A stretch of 64,000 nucleotides of DNA from Anaerolineae bacterium (GCA_030425205.1 JAUIAP010000016.1:55956-119955), one strand, 5' to 3'; positions 1-10,902 are shown, counted from the stretch's first letter. Translations and numbers: made by a program. Notes: generated by a model from the letters alone, not told the origin.

Positions 1-1
1 C

Positions 2-2185
2 GTTCCACTCCTCTGGCTCGCGTTCGCGCTCATGGTCGCCAGCGCATTACAGAAGAGTTCGACCGTTGACGAACAGAGTCATCTCTTTCGCGGCGCGGCC
101 TATCTCAAGGCAAACGCGACCCATTTCTTATTGGGGCATCCAATTGGCAACAGCGCACTCGCCGCGCTGCCCCTATTGACCGAGCCAGACCTGCAACTGC
201 CCACCGAAATTCCCGCATGGGAGACGGGAAATTGGTCGGTCGCTGGCGACTATTTTCTTTGGCGTATTGGCAACAATGCACAGCGGATCATCTTTTTGGG
301 TCGTTTGCCGATGATCTTTTGCACCTTGATTTTGGGCTGTTTTATCTTTCGCTGGGGGCGGCAACTTGGCAATATAGCGACGGGGTTGATTGCGGCCACA
401 TTGATCTTGTTCGACCCAAACATCCTCGCACATGGGCGGCTCATTTCGTCCGATGTGACGCTCACGCTGTTTTGGGCCGTGGCGGTCTATGGGTTTTGGC
501 GTTGGTCGCAGCATGGAAAGCGATCGGCCATTGTGTTGGCTGGGTTTGGCTTGGGCATGGCCAGTTTGATGAAATACAACGCGGCGTTTTTGTTGCCCAC
601 ACTAGCGATATTGGCGGGTTATGAGTGGTGGAAACGACGCACGCGCGCGCCCTTGCATGCGTTGACTGGCACAGTCGCGGTCGGCGGGTTGGTGATCTGG
701 GGGGTCAATCGCTTTGCGCTGACGCCCTTGCCCGGCGGCGCGTTTTGGGATGATCTGTTTTGGCAGATGCAGTATTTCGGCCGAAATACCGGCGGCTATC
801 TACTCGGAAACTACAATCCCGATGGCTCGCTGCTATACTTTCCGATCGCCTTCCTGATCAAAACCCCGATCCCGACCCTGCTCCTAATCGGCACGGCCAT
901 CTTATTCACCGTCAACCCATCATCCCGCGTCGCTCGTCCCCCATCCGTCGTTTATCTCCTCATCCCCGCCATGATCTTCTGCCTGACCGCCTTCACGGCT
1001 GGTTTCAACATCGGCATTCGGCACCTCTTGCCGCTCTATCCCTACCTGTATTTAGCACTTGCGCTAGCAATTTCACGTCTAAGATCGACGCAGTGGCGGA
1101 TTGCGACGACTAGCATGGTCGCGGGAACAGTATTGGTTGCTGTTTGGATCTTTCCCAACTACCTCGCCTACTTCAATCAATTGATTGGTGGACCAGAAAA
1201 TGGCTGGCGATACTTGGCCGATAGCAACGTCGATTGGGGGCAAGAGCTGCCCGCGTTGGCGCAATGGCAGCGCACACATGACGAGAAAACGCTCTATCTC
1301 AGCTACTTTGGCACAGCACACGCCGACGCATACGGCATTGAATTTGAGCCGATTCCCGCACCGATCATCACGCCCGACCCGCCGCCCACAGAACGGCAAG
1401 CGCACGACCCGCGACACCCACGACCGGGCTACTACGCCATCAGCATCAACAACTTGATCGGCTTTCCCATGCAAGATGGAGAGCGTGATATGTACGCCGC
1501 ATTTCGTGAGATGGAGCCAATCGCAAAAGTGGGCAACGCTATCTTTGTCTATGAGGTTGCGGCAACGGGTGCGCCCGTCTCTGTGGCGTTTGCTGGGACA
1601 CGGCCCGCGTTGTTGCCTGAGGCTGTCTACGCGCAATGGGGAACGAATGATGTGCGCGTGCGCTGGTTTGAAAATCCCGACGAGATGTTAGTCGTTCCGG
1701 CAGGGAATGCCGCCTACATTGTCTCCAGTCAGCCTGTTGGTGAAATCCTGCGTGAGTCTGTCGATTTGCGGGTGGAATTATCGGCCGAAAATTCCCACAT
1801 CTACGCAGTGACAGCCACACCATTCAATCAACAAACTACGCCAAAAGGGGAGACCGTTACATTCTTAGCCAGTCTACAAAACGACGCGCTTGGACACGAT
1901 CCTCTCACCGCATGGCGCGTTGAAGAGAGACTAGACGGGATGATCAAACATTTCGTACACGCGACCGACCCACAAACTGGCGAGATTCTTGCACAAGCGG
2001 ATGATGTGATGATCGATGCGTTTTCGACGCTTGAAGCGGGCGATCTCTATCTGCGACTGAGCAAGCTCAGTTTAGATGCCGATACATTCGCCGTGACAAC
2101 GGGGCTTTACGATGCGGCAACGGGCATCCGCCTTGCCGACCCTATTTTGCTCTACACAACCGAAACAATGCCGACAGAAGAGTAA
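2..2185 (+). CDS. Membrane glycosyltransferase, GT-C fold (GT39 / ArnT-PMT-like), 5' end probably outside the window
   Basis: The frame is open from base 2, with no stop before the first ATG at 32. The N-terminal half is multi-TM and carries an acidic loop motif 'DEQSHLFRGAAYL' followed by long hydrophobic segments. A soluble C-terminal domain of about 300 aa follows. This pattern matches lipid-carrier-dependent GT-C enzymes. Confidence 0.7.
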   Translation, partial: VPLLWLAFALMVASALQKSSTVDEQSHLFRGAAYLKANATHFLLGHPIGNSALAALPLLTEPDLQLPTEIPAWETGNWSVAGDYFLWRIGNNAQRIIFLGRLPMIFCTLILGCFIFRWGRQLGNIATGLIAATLILFDPNILAHGRLISSDVTLTLFWAVAVYGFWRWSQHGKRSAIVLAGFGLGMASLMKYNAAFLLPTLAILAGYEWWKRRTRAPLHALTGTVAVGGLVIWGVNRFALTPLPGGAFWDDLFWQMQYFGRNTGGYLLGNYNPDGSLLYFPIAFLIKTPIPTLLLIGTAILFTVNPSSRVARPPSVVYLLIPAMIFCLTAFTAGFNIGIRHLLPLYPYLYLALALAISRLRSTQWRIATTSMVAGTVLVAVWIFPNYLAYFNQLIGGPENGWRYLADSNVDWGQELPALAQWQRTHDEKTLYLSYFGTAHADAYGIEFEPIPAPIITPDPPPTERQAHDPRHPRPGYYAISINNLIGFPMQDGERDMYAAFREMEPIAKVGNAIFVYEVAATGAPVSVAFAGTRPALLPEAVYAQWGTNDVRVRWFENPDEMLVVPAGNAAYIVSSQPVGEILRESVDLRVELSAENSHIYAVTATPFNQQTTPKGETVTFLASLQNDALGHDPLTAWRVEERLDGMIKHFVHATDPQTGEILAQADDVMIDAFSTLEAGDLYLRLSKLSLDADTFAVTTGLYDAATGIRLADPILLYTTETMPTEE

Positions 2186-2326
2186 TAGTTTGCAAACAGT
2201 GGGCAATCGGCGGATGAGTTTCCCCTATACAATGTCGCCAACTTGCCGCGATCTGACTAAAATGTGAAGCGAAATTTCTACAAATAGAACTCCCGCAGGG
2301 GAGTTTATTTTTGCGAGGAAAGGTAA

Positions 2327-4075
2327 ATGCAACGAAGAACATTTCTGATCTTTGTGGGCATTCTGGTGTCCACACTCTCAGCTATCACGCTATTTCTCCA
2401 AACGCCTGTGTCGCAGGCCGAAAACGCCGTCTTTGCACTGGGCGCAAATGAGCGTATTAGCGTTGGGACAGACGGGATAGAAGCAAATAACGAATCGTAT
2501 CATCCATACGCATCGGCCGATGGTCGCTATATCGGCTTCATCTCGTTTGCCGACAACTTTGTGCCCGAAGCGGATGGCGTGACCAAGTGTTTGGAAGATT
2601 TTGTCTGCACTGACGTCTTTTTACGCGACCGCGTAGCCAACACGACGATTCGTCTGAGCAACAGCTTGGCGGGCAATCAAGCCAACAGCACCAGTTTCCC
2701 ACCCATTTTGACCGAAGATGGCAGCAAGGTGCTGTTTAACTCTGTCGCCGATAACATGGTGCCGGGCGACACGAACGATGACGGCGACTTCTACGGGAGC
2801 GATGGCTTTCTCTGGGAACCGGGCAAAAATCTTGTGCGCGTCACCCACAAGGCGAGCGGCGCACAGATCAAGGGTGACAGCTCTGCCTACATCACGGGCG
2901 ATGGCAATACGATGTATTTTCTCTCAAACGGCCAAGACATCGTGCCGAACGTGCTCGTCGATGCGAACGAGGTGTATAAACGCGATATAACGACGGGCGC
3001 CGTGACCCATGTGCCAATGTCATACAATGGCGAGCCAGTAGATGGCGCACATCTCGGCATTCAAACAGACCGCACGGGTCGCTACATCGTTTTCACGACT
3101 GAGGCAACAAATATCTTGCCAAACGACATCAATGGCAAAGAAGATGTCTACATCCACGACATTCAAACGGGGATTACCAAACTGGTTAGCCACACGCCAA
3201 CCGGCTTTGTCGGGAATAACCATAGCTCTGCTCCCGCTATCACGCTGGATGGCACGTTTGTTGCCTTCCGTTCCTCCGCGAGCGATCTCGTGCCAAACGA
3301 TACGAACGGTGTGGGGGACATCTTTCTCTACAACATTGCAACGGAAGAAGTGACGCGAGTTAGCGTTTCGGCCGATGGCGAACAAGGGAACGGCGAAAGC
3401 AAAGATGCGACGACTTGTGCGGGTGCAAAATTTGTCGCGTTCACATCAGAAGCGACCAATCTCACGCCCAACGCCCCCAACGGCATCCGTCAGGTCTACA
3501 TCAAACATCTCGCGTCAGGGGTCGTCGATGTCGTCTCACAAACGGAAACAGGCGTTTTGGGCAATGGAACATCGTACAAATCCTATTTCATGCCATATTG
3601 CGATGGGATTATGTTTGCGACCGACAGTAGCAATCTGATCAACAACGACGGGAATGGGGTGCGCGATCTCTACTTGCGCCCGATTATAATTTTGCCTGAT
3701 CTCTCGACATCGCAGCAGATGGGACGCGGATCGGCCGATGCGGGTGATCTTTTAACTTATACTATCCACATCGCCAATACGGGCGGTCAATCCGTCGGTT
3801 TTAACTACAGCGCGACGTTGCCTGTCAGCGTGACACACGTCAGCACAAGCGGCGCGGTCTACAATGGCACAACCAGCAGCGTCAGCGCAGCTGGCACGCT
3901 TGCGGCCGGTGGAACCCAGCAGATCACTATCGTCGTCCAGATCGACGCGGCCATCGTTGACCCGACAATCATCACGTTCAACGGACAGCTCAGCGGCGGT
4001 AGCCAACTGTTCAACTACAGCACCTCAACAATGGTGAATGGATTAGAGCTATTCTTACCCGTTATGCGACGATGA
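2327..4075 (+). CDS. Secreted PD40/TolB-like beta-propeller repeat protein with C-terminal DUF11-type repeat domain
   Basis: RBS GAGGAAAGG lies upstream of the ATG. The signal peptide is MQRRTFLIFVGILVSTLSAITLF..AEN. A repeated motif recurs (SADGRYIGFISFADNFVP, TEDGSKVLFNSVADNMVPGDTNDDGD, DRTGRYIVFTTEATNILPNDINGKEDVYIHD, LDGTFVAFRSSASDLVPNDTNGVGDIFLYN). The C-terminal 'DLLTYTIHIANTGGQSV' resembles DUF11. Confidence 0.75.
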   Translation: MQRRTFLIFVGILVSTLSAITLFLQTPVSQAENAVFALGANERISVGTDGIEANNESYHPYASADGRYIGFISFADNFVPEADGVTKCLEDFVCTDVFLRDRVANTTIRLSNSLAGNQANSTSFPPILTEDGSKVLFNSVADNMVPGDTNDDGDFYGSDGFLWEPGKNLVRVTHKASGAQIKGDSSAYITGDGNTMYFLSNGQDIVPNVLVDANEVYKRDITTGAVTHVPMSYNGEPVDGAHLGIQTDRTGRYIVFTTEATNILPNDINGKEDVYIHDIQTGITKLVSHTPTGFVGNNHSSAPAITLDGTFVAFRSSASDLVPNDTNGVGDIFLYNIATEEVTRVSVSADGEQGNGESKDATTCAGAKFVAFTSEATNLTPNAPNGIRQVYIKHLASGVVDVVSQTETGVLGNGTSYKSYFMPYCDGIMFATDSSNLINNDGNGVRDLYLRPIIILPDLSTSQQMGRGSADAGDLLTYTIHIANTGGQSVGFNYSATLPVSVTHVSTSGAVYNGTTSSVSAAGTLAAGGTQQITIVVQIDAAIVDPTIITFNGQLSGGSQLFNYSTSTMVNGLELFLPVMRR

Positions 4076-4185
4076 CTCGACAACCCTCACTCCCCCTCAG
4101 CCAATGGCGCGAGGGGGAACGCTCATGCGCTATCATCCCAGAACGCAACAGTTCACTCTCAGAAAAAATTGTTGGCATGTAACGT

Positions 4186-4256
4186 GGAGACGTGGTGCGT
4201 GGTGCGTGGTGCGCGATGAGCACAGATCACGCATTACGCACCACGCACCACACCCT
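4186..4256. repeat. Heptad-periodic hairpin repeat, family A copy 1 (GTGGTGC units)
   Basis: cgtggtgcgtggtgcgtggtgcgcgatg (4191-4218) pairs with cacgcattacgcaccacgcaccacac (4228-4253). It is intergenic, after the PD40 gene. A GC hairpin TCCCCCTC/GAGGGGGA (4091-4118) lies just upstream. Confidence 0.85.
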
Positions 4257-4315
4257 ACAAACCACACAAATTCTCAAAGATTCACCCTTGTACACAGCGC
4301 ATCGGGGGTGCAGGT

Positions 4316-5584
4316 TTGCTAAACCGGATTGTCGCCCAACGTGATAGCCTTGCCTTCCTCATCGCCACGACATTGGCCTATGGATTGGACTATCTGTTTA
4401 ACGTCGTCAGCGGTCGCTGGCTGGGTAATGAACAGTTCGGCACGCTCGTCGCGTTGGCGGGGGTCGGACAGATTCTCGTCGTCGGCTCGCGCGTCATCCA
4501 GACTGTAACGACCCGCTACATCTCCCGTTTTCGCGCCGATACGCACGAGGAGAAGGTGCGCCCATTTATCACGGCGGCCCTGCGCGTGGGCATCTGGGGC
4601 GGGTTGGGGATCACCGTTTTATTGTGTCTGTTAGCCTTTCCATTGGCACGATTTTTGCGAATCGAGGATATGTGGGCTGTTTTTGCGCTGTTGGGCGGGG
4701 TGGGGCTGATGGTGGTTCGGCCGATTATCGGCGGAACGCTGCAAGGTCAGCAACGCTTTCTCCCGCTCGGCATCATTCAAATTATTCAGGCATCCATCCG
4801 TCTCCTAGCTGGCGCACTCTTAATTCTCGCGGGTTGGGGCGCATTTGGCGCGATGATCGCCCTGCCGATTGCCAGTCTGATTGCGCTCGTTTATGGCGCG
4901 TGGCTCCTGCGCGATCTGCTCGGCGGCACCAGCACTGTTTCCAATACCACCCCACTGCGCGAACTCGCCCACTACTCTGGCTACACGGCGGCGGGGCTGA
5001 TCGGATTCGCGCTGCTCATCAACATGGACGCCATTCTCGTCAAACGTTTCTTCGACGCGGACACGGCAGGCGTTTACGGTGCGGCCGTCACGTTGGGCAA
5101 AGTGGTGCAATTTTTTCCCGTTGCCATCATCATGGTCTTGTTTCCAAAAGCTGCCCATCGGCAGGCGACTAAACGCAACCCTGCCGCCGTTCTACCCCCT
5201 GCATTCGCCCTCATTACGGCAGTCTGTCTCGGTGTCTCGATTCTTTACTTCGCCTTTCCCGATCTACTGGTCGGCACAATCTTTGGCGACAAATTTGAGA
5301 TCAGCGGGCGGACACTTGGCACGCTTGGCCTTGCCATGTGGTTGCTTTCGCTCACAAACGTCTGGCTCAACTACTTTCTGTCGCTCAATCGCGTGCGTAT
5401 CGTCTATCTCATCTGGACGGGTGTCATCACGCAATACATCGCCTTCAACATCTGGCACGATCAGCTTTGGCATCTACCGACCGTCATGGCAATCAATGCG
5501 TTGTGGCTGACCGTTGCTGGTGCAATTCTATTTGTGCGATCAAGCAGGGAAGTCACTTCATTGCAAGAAACCCATGCACCCTAA
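4316..5584 (+). CDS. Polysaccharide/oligosaccharide flippase (Wzx/MOP superfamily)
   Basis: The 422-aa product is almost entirely TM helices. It sits in a glycan-locus context. The start is TTG, preceded by GGGGGTG. The 3' end overlaps the next gene. Confidence 0.7.
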   Translation: MLNRIVAQRDSLAFLIATTLAYGLDYLFNVVSGRWLGNEQFGTLVALAGVGQILVVGSRVIQTVTTRYISRFRADTHEEKVRPFITAALRVGIWGGLGITVLLCLLAFPLARFLRIEDMWAVFALLGGVGLMVVRPIIGGTLQGQQRFLPLGIIQIIQASIRLLAGALLILAGWGAFGAMIALPIASLIALVYGAWLLRDLLGGTSTVSNTTPLRELAHYSGYTAAGLIGFALLINMDAILVKRFFDADTAGVYGAAVTLGKVVQFFPVAIIMVLFPKAAHRQATKRNPAAVLPPAFALITAVCLGVSILYFAFPDLLVGTIFGDKFEISGRTLGTLGLAMWLLSLTNVWLNYFLSLNRVRIVYLIWTGVITQYIAFNIWHDQLWHLPTVMAINALWLTVAGAILFVRSSREVTSLQETHAP

Positions 5585-6239
5585 ATTACTCTACTTCCGC
5601 CACAAACTGTTTCGCTATCGGCAAGTTGAACAAGACATTGCCCAACGACAGACATCGCTTTTGGACATTGGTTGCGGGGATGGCGAAAATATGCTGCGCT
5701 TTCAACAGGCGTCGCTTGAAAAAGTGGGGATTGAAGTGTCGTTTAGTCGGTTACAGACTGCCCAACGGCAGGGACTGGTCGTGCAGCAAGCGAGCGGAAC
5801 GGCGTTGCCATTTGCCGATGACAGCTTCGATATGCTCTACATCGCGCATGTGTTGCACCATGTTGCTGAATTCGACACGGTGCTGCGCGAAATTGAGCGC
5901 GTGGTTGTTGAGAATGGCGTGGTCTTCGTGGTGGAAACAGTGACCGATCACCCGCTGCTGCGTCTGGCGCGTTGGTTGCATCCCGTCTGGCAAGGGGATG
6001 AGGTCGAGGCAAATTGGCGTTACAGTCAGCTTTATGAGATGCTGACCGCACATAACTTTCGCGTCGAGCGCACAGAACGCTACAATGTACTCTTCTTTCT
6101 GTGGGAGATGTTACCGCTGGCATTTTGGCCGTTTGAAATTTTCACACCGCTGTTTGTTTATCTCGACCTATTCTTCGCTCGTTTCGCTCAGCGGTATTCA
6201 GCTCACTGCTATTTTGTTTTACGACGCACAAACACATGA
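5574..6239 (+). CDS. Class I SAM-dependent methyltransferase
   Basis: Motif I is 'LLDIGCGDGENML', and 'FDMLYIAHVLHHV' is typical of Methyltransf_11. I prefer the ATG at 5574 (MHPKLLYF..) over the longest ORF start at 5514, which lies deep inside the flippase gene. The stop overlaps the next start as ATGA at 6236-6239. Confidence 0.75.
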   Translation: MHPKLLYFRHKLFRYRQVEQDIAQRQTSLLDIGCGDGENMLRFQQASLEKVGIEVSFSRLQTAQRQGLVVQQASGTALPFADDSFDMLYIAHVLHHVAEFDTVLREIERVVVENGVVFVVETVTDHPLLRLARWLHPVWQGDEVEANWRYSQLYEMLTAHNFRVERTERYNVLFFLWEMLPLAFWPFEIFTPLFVYLDLFFARFAQRYSAHCYFVLRRTNT

Positions 6240-7915
6240 CCAAAATTGTACTCATTGCGCTGGATGGCGCGACATTGGATTTACTAAAACCGTGGATGGA
6301 CGCGGGTGAACTACCATTGCTGGCGCAAATCTTCGCAGAAGGTGCAGGCGGCACGCTCAACAGCACCATCCCATGGGCAACGCCAACCGCATTTGCATCG
6401 CTGGCAACCGGCACAAATCCGGGCAAACACGGCGTCTACGACTTTGGGACGCTGATTGGCGATGACTATACGGCGTTTGTGCCAACCAGTGGCGGAGATG
6501 TGCACGGTCGAACGTTGTGGGAACGGCTGTCCGACGCGGGGATCAGCTCGGCCGTCATCAACATGCCCATGACCTATCCCGCCCCAGCCATCGAAGGCAG
6601 TGTCATCGCGGGAATTCCCTACCCCAGCGGCAGCCCACAACTCTGTCATCCCCCTCATTTGCTAGATCGCCTTCAGCAAGAAGGCTGGGATTTGGCGCGC
6701 AATGCGTCTGATGATTTGGGCGGTAGTTATGCGGCGTATCTTGACGGACTGCTCGACCTTGTGCGCGTGCGGGGTGAGGCCACGGCGTGGTTGATCGCGC
6801 AAGATAATCCTGACTTTGTCGCCGTCCATTTTTTGGAAACAGATCAGGCACAACATCGCTTCTGGCAATTCATGGCGGGCGAGCCACGCTATGAACATGG
6901 CGGCGAATATACCGATGCGATTTTGCGCGTTTTCCAGCAAACGGAGTCGGCGATGCAGCAGATTATCAACGCAGCGGGGGAAGACGCGCTGATCTGTGTC
7001 ATGTCGGATCATGGATTTGGCGCCACCCGTCATCAAGTTTGGCTCAACAATTGGCTGTTGCAGAATGACTTTCTCGCGCTCAAGTCAAACATGGGCGTGC
7101 GTGTCAAACAACTGCTCTATCGGGCGGGATTGTCGCCAGCGGCGATTCGGGAGATGGCTCCCGAGCGACTCAAATTGGCGATCTTGCAGTTTTTTGAACA
7201 ACAAAAGGGGCGTGCGCTGGCGAGTCAGACGGAAGGGGGGGATGCGCCCGTCAAGCGCAAAGGGGTGATGGACTGGCTGACAGAACGCTTGGCAATCGAT
7301 TTTTATGATGTCGATTGGGCGCGGACAGTCGCATTTTCGACGGGGACAACGGCGGTGGGATATGTCTATTTGAACGTCGCTGGGCGCGATCCGCAGGGGG
7401 TGGTGAGCAGTCAGCAATATGCTGTGAAGAGGCAGCAGATTGCCGAAAAGTTGCGCGATTGGGAAGCGGTTGGGGAAGTGCTTTTGCGGGAAGAGGTGTG
7501 GAAGGGTTCGCAGTTGGAGCTTGCGCCCGATTTGGTGATTCGATGGGCAGCGGACACGACGGATGCACGTTATTTCCAGACGCGCTTTAGTAGTCATCAT
7601 CTGATGAAAGCGGTGCCAAATGATTATGCAAGCCATCGGCCGAATGGTCTGTTCGCCTTTTATGGCAACGGGGTCAAAACGGGAATGCTCAACGCTGAAC
7701 TGGTCGATTTGACGGCGACGCTGTTGTGGCTGTTCAAACAGCCTGTGCCGAGCGTGCTGGATGGACGGGTGTTGACCGACTGTTTTGTGGCCGAGCGCGC
7801 AGTTTTGGTTGTGGAAGAGGCGGAAGATTCGGCCGAAAAAAGCACAGGCGGATTTTCGGCCGATGATGACGCCTCTCTCAAAGAGGCGTTGCGGCGACTA
7901 GGCTATTTAGAGTAG
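6236..7915 (+). CDS. Alkaline-phosphatase superfamily enzyme (type I phosphodiesterase / nucleotide pyrophosphatase-like)
   Basis: The N-terminus reads 'IVLIALDGATLDLL' and 'IPWATPTAFASLATGTNPGKHGVYDF', a metal-ligand Asp plus a Thr-nucleophile motif of the NPP type. 'VMSDHGF' provides a distal metal site. Confidence 0.75.
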   Translation: MTKIVLIALDGATLDLLKPWMDAGELPLLAQIFAEGAGGTLNSTIPWATPTAFASLATGTNPGKHGVYDFGTLIGDDYTAFVPTSGGDVHGRTLWERLSDAGISSAVINMPMTYPAPAIEGSVIAGIPYPSGSPQLCHPPHLLDRLQQEGWDLARNASDDLGGSYAAYLDGLLDLVRVRGEATAWLIAQDNPDFVAVHFLETDQAQHRFWQFMAGEPRYEHGGEYTDAILRVFQQTESAMQQIINAAGEDALICVMSDHGFGATRHQVWLNNWLLQNDFLALKSNMGVRVKQLLYRAGLSPAAIREMAPERLKLAILQFFEQQKGRALASQTEGGDAPVKRKGVMDWLTERLAIDFYDVDWARTVAFSTGTTAVGYVYLNVAGRDPQGVVSSQQYAVKRQQIAEKLRDWEAVGEVLLREEVWKGSQLELAPDLVIRWAADTTDARYFQTRFSSHHLMKAVPNDYASHRPNGLFAFYGNGVKTGMLNAELVDLTATLLWLFKQPVPSVLDGRVLTDCFVAERAVLVVEEAEDSAEKSTGGFSADDDASLKEALRRLGYLE

Positions 7916-7918
7916 ATA

Positions 7919-9868
7919 ATGCCCCAGCTCACCATTATCATCCCCACGATGAACGAAGCGGACAATATCGTGCCGCTCGTCACACGTTTGGCAGCCGCTG
8001 TTGCAGAGATCGACGCAGAGATTTTATTTGTCGATGATAGCAGCGATAAAACGCCCGACGTGATCGCAAGCGTGGCGGCAACGGCGGCGTTGCCTGTGCG
8101 CTGTATACATCGGCCGAAATCGCAACGGGACGGACTAAGTGGGGCGGTCGTTGTGGGGTTACGCGCCAGCACGGGTGATTATGTCTGCGTGATGGATGGG
8201 GATTTACAGCATCCGCCGAACGTCGTGCCGATTTTGCTGGAGCGAGCGGTGTTGAGTTCGGCCGATATTGTCGTCGCCAGCCGCCAGGCAAACCGCATTG
8301 GCCCCGTCGGGTTGCCACTGCCGCGCGCGCTCATCTCAAACACGCTCACCTTAATTGCGCGCTCCTGCTTCCCGCGCTCGCTCAAAGATGTTTCCGACCC
8401 GTTGACCGGCTTTTTCCTCGTGCGGCGGGCGGCCTTAGATATCGATCGCCTGCATCCCGACGGCTTCAAAATCCTGCTCGAAATTTTGGTGCGCCATCCC
8501 GATTTACGGGCGGGCGAACTGCTGTTTGACTTTGCGCTGCGTCATGCGGGCAGCAGCAAGGCAGATTTTCGCGAGGGGATGCGTTTCTTCCGCCATGTTT
8601 TGCGCCTGCGCACCACCGTTCACACCCGCCCGTTGTTGCGGTATGTGAGCGTCGTTTTTGCAGCCGCAATGGTCAAAGTGTTGGCGTTGTCGTTTTTGGC
8701 GCGGCGTAATTGGCGGCAAATCGTCGCTGTCTTTAGCGGTGCAATGGTTGGCGACTTTGTGGGTTGGGTTGGCAACCGAACCGTCGTTTTCCCCGATGAA
8801 AAATGGCGCACATTGCGGCGATTTTTGCGCGCCAGCACGCTCTTTAATGCGCTGGTATTTACCCCTGTCTTCGCCCTATTGCAGCGCATTCCCGCGCTGC
8901 GAACACGCCGACAAATCTCGGCGGCCCTGTCGATTGGCATCACGGGCTTTGTGCGCTATCTACTATCCGATCGCTGGATTGGCGCGAGTGGCTTGATGTC
9001 AGCCGAAGCGGTCAAAACGACCTATAGCATCCACGATAAGCTCGTCATTCAATCGCCTGTGCCGCTGCCCGATCTCGCCTACTTCCAGAGTGCGGCGCGC
9101 GAAATGACGGCCGACATCGTAATTCGCGTGGATCGGCATGGGACGCCGCGCAAGTTCGAGGATGGCGTTAGTTTTGATGACGGCATCGGCCGATTTGGGT
9201 TCGCATTCACCATCACCCCCGCAAAACAGATCGAAGTCGTTATTTCGCCCATTATCGCGCAGGCGCCACACGTTTTGTATGTCAACATCGTCGAGCCACT
9301 GTTGCGATACGCGGCGTTGCGCAAGGGGTTTGTCTTTGTTCAAGCTGGCGCGTACACGGATGGGCATGGTGCAGTTCTGGTGAGCAAGTCGGGGCGCAAC
9401 GCATCGGCGGCGGCGACGTTTGAGATATTGGGCAAGAATCCAGCAGCGCGTTATTTGGCCCATGATTCTGTGTTAATTGCGGCCGATGGGACGGTCTTTG
9501 CCTTTCCACATGCGCTGACAACGACGAAACTGCTCGAATCATCATGGCAGCGACGGCTGGGCGCATGGATGCGAAAACGACGCTCCTTGCCCGCGGCGAC
9601 GTTTAACGCCTATGTGCAGCGACTCTTTCCCCCGCTCCAGACGCCTGTCGAACAGGTCGCAACAATCGTTTCGTCCGCGCCACTCGTTGGGTATGCAGGG
9701 GCAGAAAACGACGCGGCCACCATTGCAAAAACAGTGCTACAAAATTCGGCCGATCCGCTCGGTTTCCCGCTCTTTTCGATGCTCGCCGACTACGAAGCCA
9801 CCGTGAACGATCACGACTTAGTTGCGGCAGAATGCGAACGATTAACACTTGCCTTGCAAAAGGCATAA
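7919..9868 (+). CDS. Polyprenol-phosphate glycosyltransferase (GT2, DPM1-like) fused to a GtrA-like TM module and an unassigned C-terminal domain of about 290 aa
   Basis: GT2 motifs are 'IIIPTMNEADNI', 'VDDSSDKTPD' and 'MDGDLQHPP'. Four hydrophobic helices (aa about 235-350) resemble GtrA. I cannot assign the C-terminal part (nt about 8996-9868). Confidence 0.7.
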   Translation: MPQLTIIIPTMNEADNIVPLVTRLAAAVAEIDAEILFVDDSSDKTPDVIASVAATAALPVRCIHRPKSQRDGLSGAVVVGLRASTGDYVCVMDGDLQHPPNVVPILLERAVLSSADIVVASRQANRIGPVGLPLPRALISNTLTLIARSCFPRSLKDVSDPLTGFFLVRRAALDIDRLHPDGFKILLEILVRHPDLRAGELLFDFALRHAGSSKADFREGMRFFRHVLRLRTTVHTRPLLRYVSVVFAAAMVKVLALSFLARRNWRQIVAVFSGAMVGDFVGWVGNRTVVFPDEKWRTLRRFLRASTLFNALVFTPVFALLQRIPALRTRRQISAALSIGITGFVRYLLSDRWIGASGLMSAEAVKTTYSIHDKLVIQSPVPLPDLAYFQSAAREMTADIVIRVDRHGTPRKFEDGVSFDDGIGRFGFAFTITPAKQIEVVISPIIAQAPHVLYVNIVEPLLRYAALRKGFVFVQAGAYTDGHGAVLVSKSGRNASAAATFEILGKNPAARYLAHDSVLIAADGTVFAFPHALTTTKLLESSWQRRLGAWMRKRRSLPAATFNAYVQRLFPPLQTPVEQVATIVSSAPLVGYAGAENDAATIAKTVLQNSADPLGFPLFSMLADYEATVNDHDLVAAECERLTLALQKA

Positions 9869-10002
9869 AAAAGTCACACCTTTTCACCCACCTTAAGCAA
9901 TCCTGTATACTGTAGTAGAATGTTGCTGTCTAGCACTTTGATCAGCCATAATATACGACAATGATTTAGGGTTTTTCCAGTACAAATAGAGGACATACGT
10001 GC

Positions 10003-10902
10003 ATGATGGATGGAAGGTTGCCGATTTCGATAGGAATCACGGCACACAATGAAGCGGGAAATATCGGCCGATTATTAGATCGCCTTACTTATCAACAGCT
10101 AGAAAACGTTTTAATCCGCGAAATCATCGTCGTCAGCAGCGGATCGACTGATGCAACGAACGACATCGTGCGTGAATGGGAAGCACGTAACCCATTGGTG
10201 CGCTTGGTTGTACAGGCTCAACGTGAGGGCAAAGCCTCCGCCATCAACCTTCTATTGACACAAACGCAAGAAAAGATTGTCGTGCTGTCGAGTGCAGACG
10301 TGTTGCCAGAACCGACGACAATTGAACGGTTGGTCACACCGCTGCACGATGCGACCGTTGGTATGGTTGGCGTGCGTCCTGTCCCCGTCAACAATCCGCA
10401 ACAGTTCATGGGCTACGCAGCCCACCTGCTTTGGGATTTACATCACGATATGAACATGGCAGGGACGCGCAAAGTGGGTGAGATGGTCGCTTTTCGACAC
10501 GTCTTTGAGCGCATTCCCAACCACACGGCCGTCGATGAGGCGAGTATTGAACCGCTAATTCGTGGGCAAGGTTACACCATCGCGTATGCACCAGATGCGA
10601 TTGTTTACAACAAGGGGCCTGAAACAGCTGGCGACTTTTTACGTCAACGGCGACGCATCTTCGCTGGTCATTTAGAGATGCAACGGGAATTGGGCTATGC
10701 TGTCGGCACGATGAGTGGCGGCGGAATTTTGCCCCACTTTATCAAGCGATTGGAACCACACCCCAAGAAGGTCGTTTGGGCTGGCATGGTGGCGGGGCTG
10801 GAGGTTTTCGGCCGAAAACTCGGTCAGTACGACTACCGCCGCCAACACAACCACACCGTTTGGGATGTGGCGACAACGACCAAGCAGTTGACAGAGACGT
10901 GA
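10003..10902 (+). CDS. Glycosyltransferase family 2
   Basis: 'ISIGITAHNEAGNIGRLLDRL', 'VVSSGSTDATNDIV' and the acidic DxD-like region 'SSADVLPE' fit the GT-A fold pattern. Confidence 0.7.
   Translation: MMDGRLPISIGITAHNEAGNIGRLLDRLTYQQLENVLIREIIVVSSGSTDATNDIVREWEARNPLVRLVVQAQREGKASAINLLLTQTQEKIVVLSSADVLPEPTTIERLVTPLHDATVGMVGVRPVPVNNPQQFMGYAAHLLWDLHHDMNMAGTRKVGEMVAFRHVFERIPNHTAVDEASIEPLIRGQGYTIAYAPDAIVYNKGPETAGDFLRQRRRIFAGHLEMQRELGYAVGTMSGGGILPHFIKRLEPHPKKVVWAGMVAGLEVFGRKLGQYDYRRQHNHTVWDVATTTKQLTET

Noticed and set aside
4104-4322. A 72-aa ORF (MARGGTLMRYHP...WCVVRDEH...HHAPHPTNH)
   Set aside because: It is made almost entirely of the family A heptamer hairpin (GTGGTGC/GCACCAC). The repetitive low-complexity translation is an artefact of the repeat.
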